Below are positions 61,040 through 64,000 of a DNA stretch of 64,000 bases, in pieces. Position numbers and translations under genes: made by a program. The DNA comes from Fistulifera solaris (lineage: Eukaryota). The notes under the pieces are model-generated. The model was not told the origin of the DNA, ran no database searches, and worked only from the letters and a program-made list of their open reading frames with translations. Where the stretch lies: contig AP026125.1 in assembly GCA_030295235.1 (NCBI GenBank), forward strand, positions 1,116,001 to 1,180,000, in the 5' to 3' direction. Numbering within the stretch: the first letter of the stretch is position 1; each line of letters opens with the position of its first letter.

Positions 61040-62193
61040 ATGAAGATCTACTTGTTCCTTGCCCTTGCCTTACTTCGAAAGGCTTCTTCGGTGTCTTCTC
61101 AGTGCGAAGAACTCATTTCTTGCCTCGATAAGATTACCGGAAAAAGTCTCTTCGATTTGGTTCCCCCGAAGCCTCTCGAGATGATCTTTGTGTTACAATG
61201 GTAAACATTTACCAGGGGCAGACTGGAATTGACGCCATGTGCGCCGCAGCAGCAGCTGCGAGTGGCCGACTTCTCGCCTCTACAACAAGTGACTCCAAGT
61301 ATCTGCGCGTCAATGAGATCAAGGAGAGCACACCTAGCCAGTCTCGGCAGGAGTCCACTTTCCCCGGCTATGGTCGTCACTTGGCAGCACCGACATGCCA
61401 GGCAAGTTTCAGTCCGGAATTCGCGGATGATTCAGGTTCCGGGACTAGTTACGATACGCTTATGGCTGCTGTTGAGGGGCCTTATTTGTTTGGGGGCAAG
61501 AAGAAGCGTTCGGACGGTGATGCCTACGCAGCACTCTTCATTGGGTATCTTACCGCCCTCAACGCTGCCGCTGCAGCAACCGGTATTCCTGTTGCAGACA
61601 ACTTAGCTCAAATCTCCCTTTCTGCTACGCAATCGACGGTGGAATCACTTAACGTCCACGATGGCGGCATCGATTCCACAGAGATTCAGGCGGCCTTTGA
61701 AAACTCACAGAAGATACTAACCCAGACGTGCAACATAATTTCGCAAGTGAACACGTTTGAAACGACGGCAACGACCCGCTTTGGCAACATTGATGCTGCC
61801 ATCAGTAGCTTCCAAGCCACCGTAAACACTCGCTTCAACACGGTCGACGCGTCGATCACGACGTTGACAAACAATGTCGCCATTGGGTTCGATACTACAT
61901 ATGCCCGCTTTGACTCCGTCGATAGCGACCTTGATACCCTAAGCTCTGCCGTTTCGACAGGTTTTACCGACGTGTACGAGCGCTTTGATCAAGTCGAAGC
62001 CCTTGTGAACAGTCGTCTTGACGCGATCGAAGCTACGCTTGAGGCGCGCTTCACCCAGCTAGATGACTTGCTGGCCATTGTCCGTACGCTCCTCATCACT
62101 CCTGATGGTCGCCGCACCGCCTGGAACAACCCAGCTCTCATTTGTGACGGCAGCCCCACCGGAAACTGCGCAACTGTTCCCAACTTTCCTTAA
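61040..62193 (+). CDS. Secreted protein with RxL motifs and long RFxxVD coiled-coil repeats
   Basis: Signal peptide MKIYLFLALALL, joined by an indel at 61163-61167; repeats RFGNID, RFNTVD, RFDSVD, RFDQVE and RFTQLD. Confidence 0.7.
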
Positions 62194-62724
62194 CCGAAGA
62201 GAAAAAGTTGACGATGAGCCCGGCCAAGAGTTACCTGCGACGGGATATACGTGTGTTCTTGCATTTCATTGGTTCGCTGGGTTTTCTTTGGATGATAGGG
62301 ACGAGTGGCAGCCGGTCTCCCCTAATAACTAAAGTTTTCTTCCTTATAGATCCACTGAATGCTTTTTTCATTGGTCTCTTTTCATGCGAAGACCTTCAAG
62401 CTAGCGCATGTTCTTCCGTACCTAATTCGTAGTATCTAAAGCAACTAGGTTGTTGTTCCTCGAACGCTTGTAGAATCCTTGCGTATTGGCCCCGACATCA
62501 TTTAGCTCTGTTTTATATGGTTGTAGAGGAACCCCAATTTGTCGAGGCCATAGACAGCAGCAAGCCCAAACAATGGATGACCGGTGGTGAAAATGGCATG
62601 GCAGTTCCATTTGAATTTTTTTCTACGTGGCCCAGCAAAAGAGTCGTTGTTCACTTTAAATGGTAGAAAGAGGAATATCCACCAAAACGAAACCATTTAG
62701 AGCGCGCTTGGCAATCGCGAAAAC

Positions 62725-63739
62725 TTACACCTTATCAATCATGACACTCGGACAACCGTTTCTGCCATGTTCACAAAGTGTCCTTGATAAACGCAAACGC
62801 TGCTGCAGCTCTTTCGGCAGGATTTTTGGCACGTAACCCGGTGACAGCTTGAGCATATCAATTATTTCCTGATAAGACGGTTGACCATAATCAAGCAAAC
62901 GTCCCCCATCGCGCTTATTATTCCACGGCTGCTCGTTCCCTTCCTCCGGCGGTGTTTTTGCAAACGGCTTTTCACCTAACATCTTCCAGTCGACGTCCCC
63001 ATTAACAAGTTCTTCCCGTAAATAGACTCTCCAGGGCCAATTGTAATTGTGCAAAATGCGTACCGATTCTCCTTCACAGATCAGATTGGTTAGCGAAAAG
63101 TAGGCTGATAAAATTCCGCATACCGTGCACTCGATTCATCAATTCCAAAGAATCCACCGAAATCCGACCGCCGACGCCATTGCGGATTCACCAACACCAA
63201 GTTGCGTTTCGGGCCTACTTGTTCATCCAACGATCGAATGGCTTTGACGCATTCGGCCGTGGGCAATAGCACAAAGACACAATCGTTCGCCGCCGATTCC
63301 GCTTGTCCCATCCACGCGTAAACACCGTCACTGGCATCCAAACACACTTTTGAATCGCCGTCGAATCCACAACACCGAGACCGATCATAATCTGTTCTAC
63401 CATTGGGGCAGCCGCTTCCATCATTTGACGGGCGCCACCGGGCCAGTCATCGAGATCCGTTGCACCGATGACGGGCAACAAAAGTCGTATGGCATGCCGA
63501 ACGGTGCCGTCGGCGGAAGCGAGTTGAATGCTTTGTACGCATTGTCGGACTTGATCGTCGACGGAAGTGGGTAAACGTGCCGTTACCAAAGAAGAGAGTT
63601 CAGGGTCATTCTTGTCATTGCCGTTGTTGCGAGATGATTCCCGAGTGACAATCATCTGACGACGGTGAAACAACCGCATCTCCAGTTGAAAGCTCAGTGC
63701 TACTGTCACTAAACCTGATAGTAACAAGAGCGGCTTCAT
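62725..63739 (-). CDS. DUF1995 (LPA3-like) plastid protein
   Basis: Presequence ALS-FQ; LLPVIGATDLDDWPGG, LVLVNPQW, WPWRVY and PSYQEI; indels at ~63350 and ~63098. Confidence 0.75.
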
Positions 63740-64000
63740 TTAACTTTGGTGTCACTGAGAAGAACTCCGTTAAGATGTGTTTATGTGGTAATAATATAAA
63801 AATGAAACATCGTCTCAATTCTCAATCAAGGTCGTCAATAACGCAGGCTCAACGAAAACTTTGTAAAACTGCTAACCCGGAGTTTCATGACTACACTTCG
63901 GGAGATAGTAAACTCATGATTCACGCAACCATATCAGAACTTTGGGATAAAAGCAAGCATATACAAAATGAAAGCATTGTCGGCTGCATTTGCACCTGTT

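Overview
Gene-dense eukaryotic nuclear DNA with short GT-AG introns and bipartite signal/plastid presequences (AF/SF-AP motifs). It is most consistent with a pennate diatom (Phaeodactylum/Fistulifera-like); this is inferred from gene content, not from a database match. About 35 protein genes can be delimited, including NUFIP1-like, hemerythrin, two GILT paralogues, MsrB-like, PAT1, Popeye/cNMP, a Ycf29-like response regulator, bestrophin, RbfA, proteasome beta5, a signal-peptide-bearing proteasome alpha, ABC1 kinase, SpoU, TRMT11, ORC5, PAP2, BioD-like, DTW, RWDD2-like and DUF1995. Many genes are interrupted by single-base indels in homopolymers, most likely consensus errors. The most striking unexplained feature is a dispersed ~1.15-1.2 kb non-coding element present three times: 5188-6398 (-), 26699-27855 (+), and a 5'-only copy at 58168-58484 (-). 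It shows block-wise nucleotide conservation and conserved helices with compensatory and G-U changes, making it a candidate large structured RNA family that I cannot assign to a known class. There is also a family of palindromic CCAGAAA/TTCTGG repeat arrays upstream of four genes, and an unrelated 251-bp tandem repeat.
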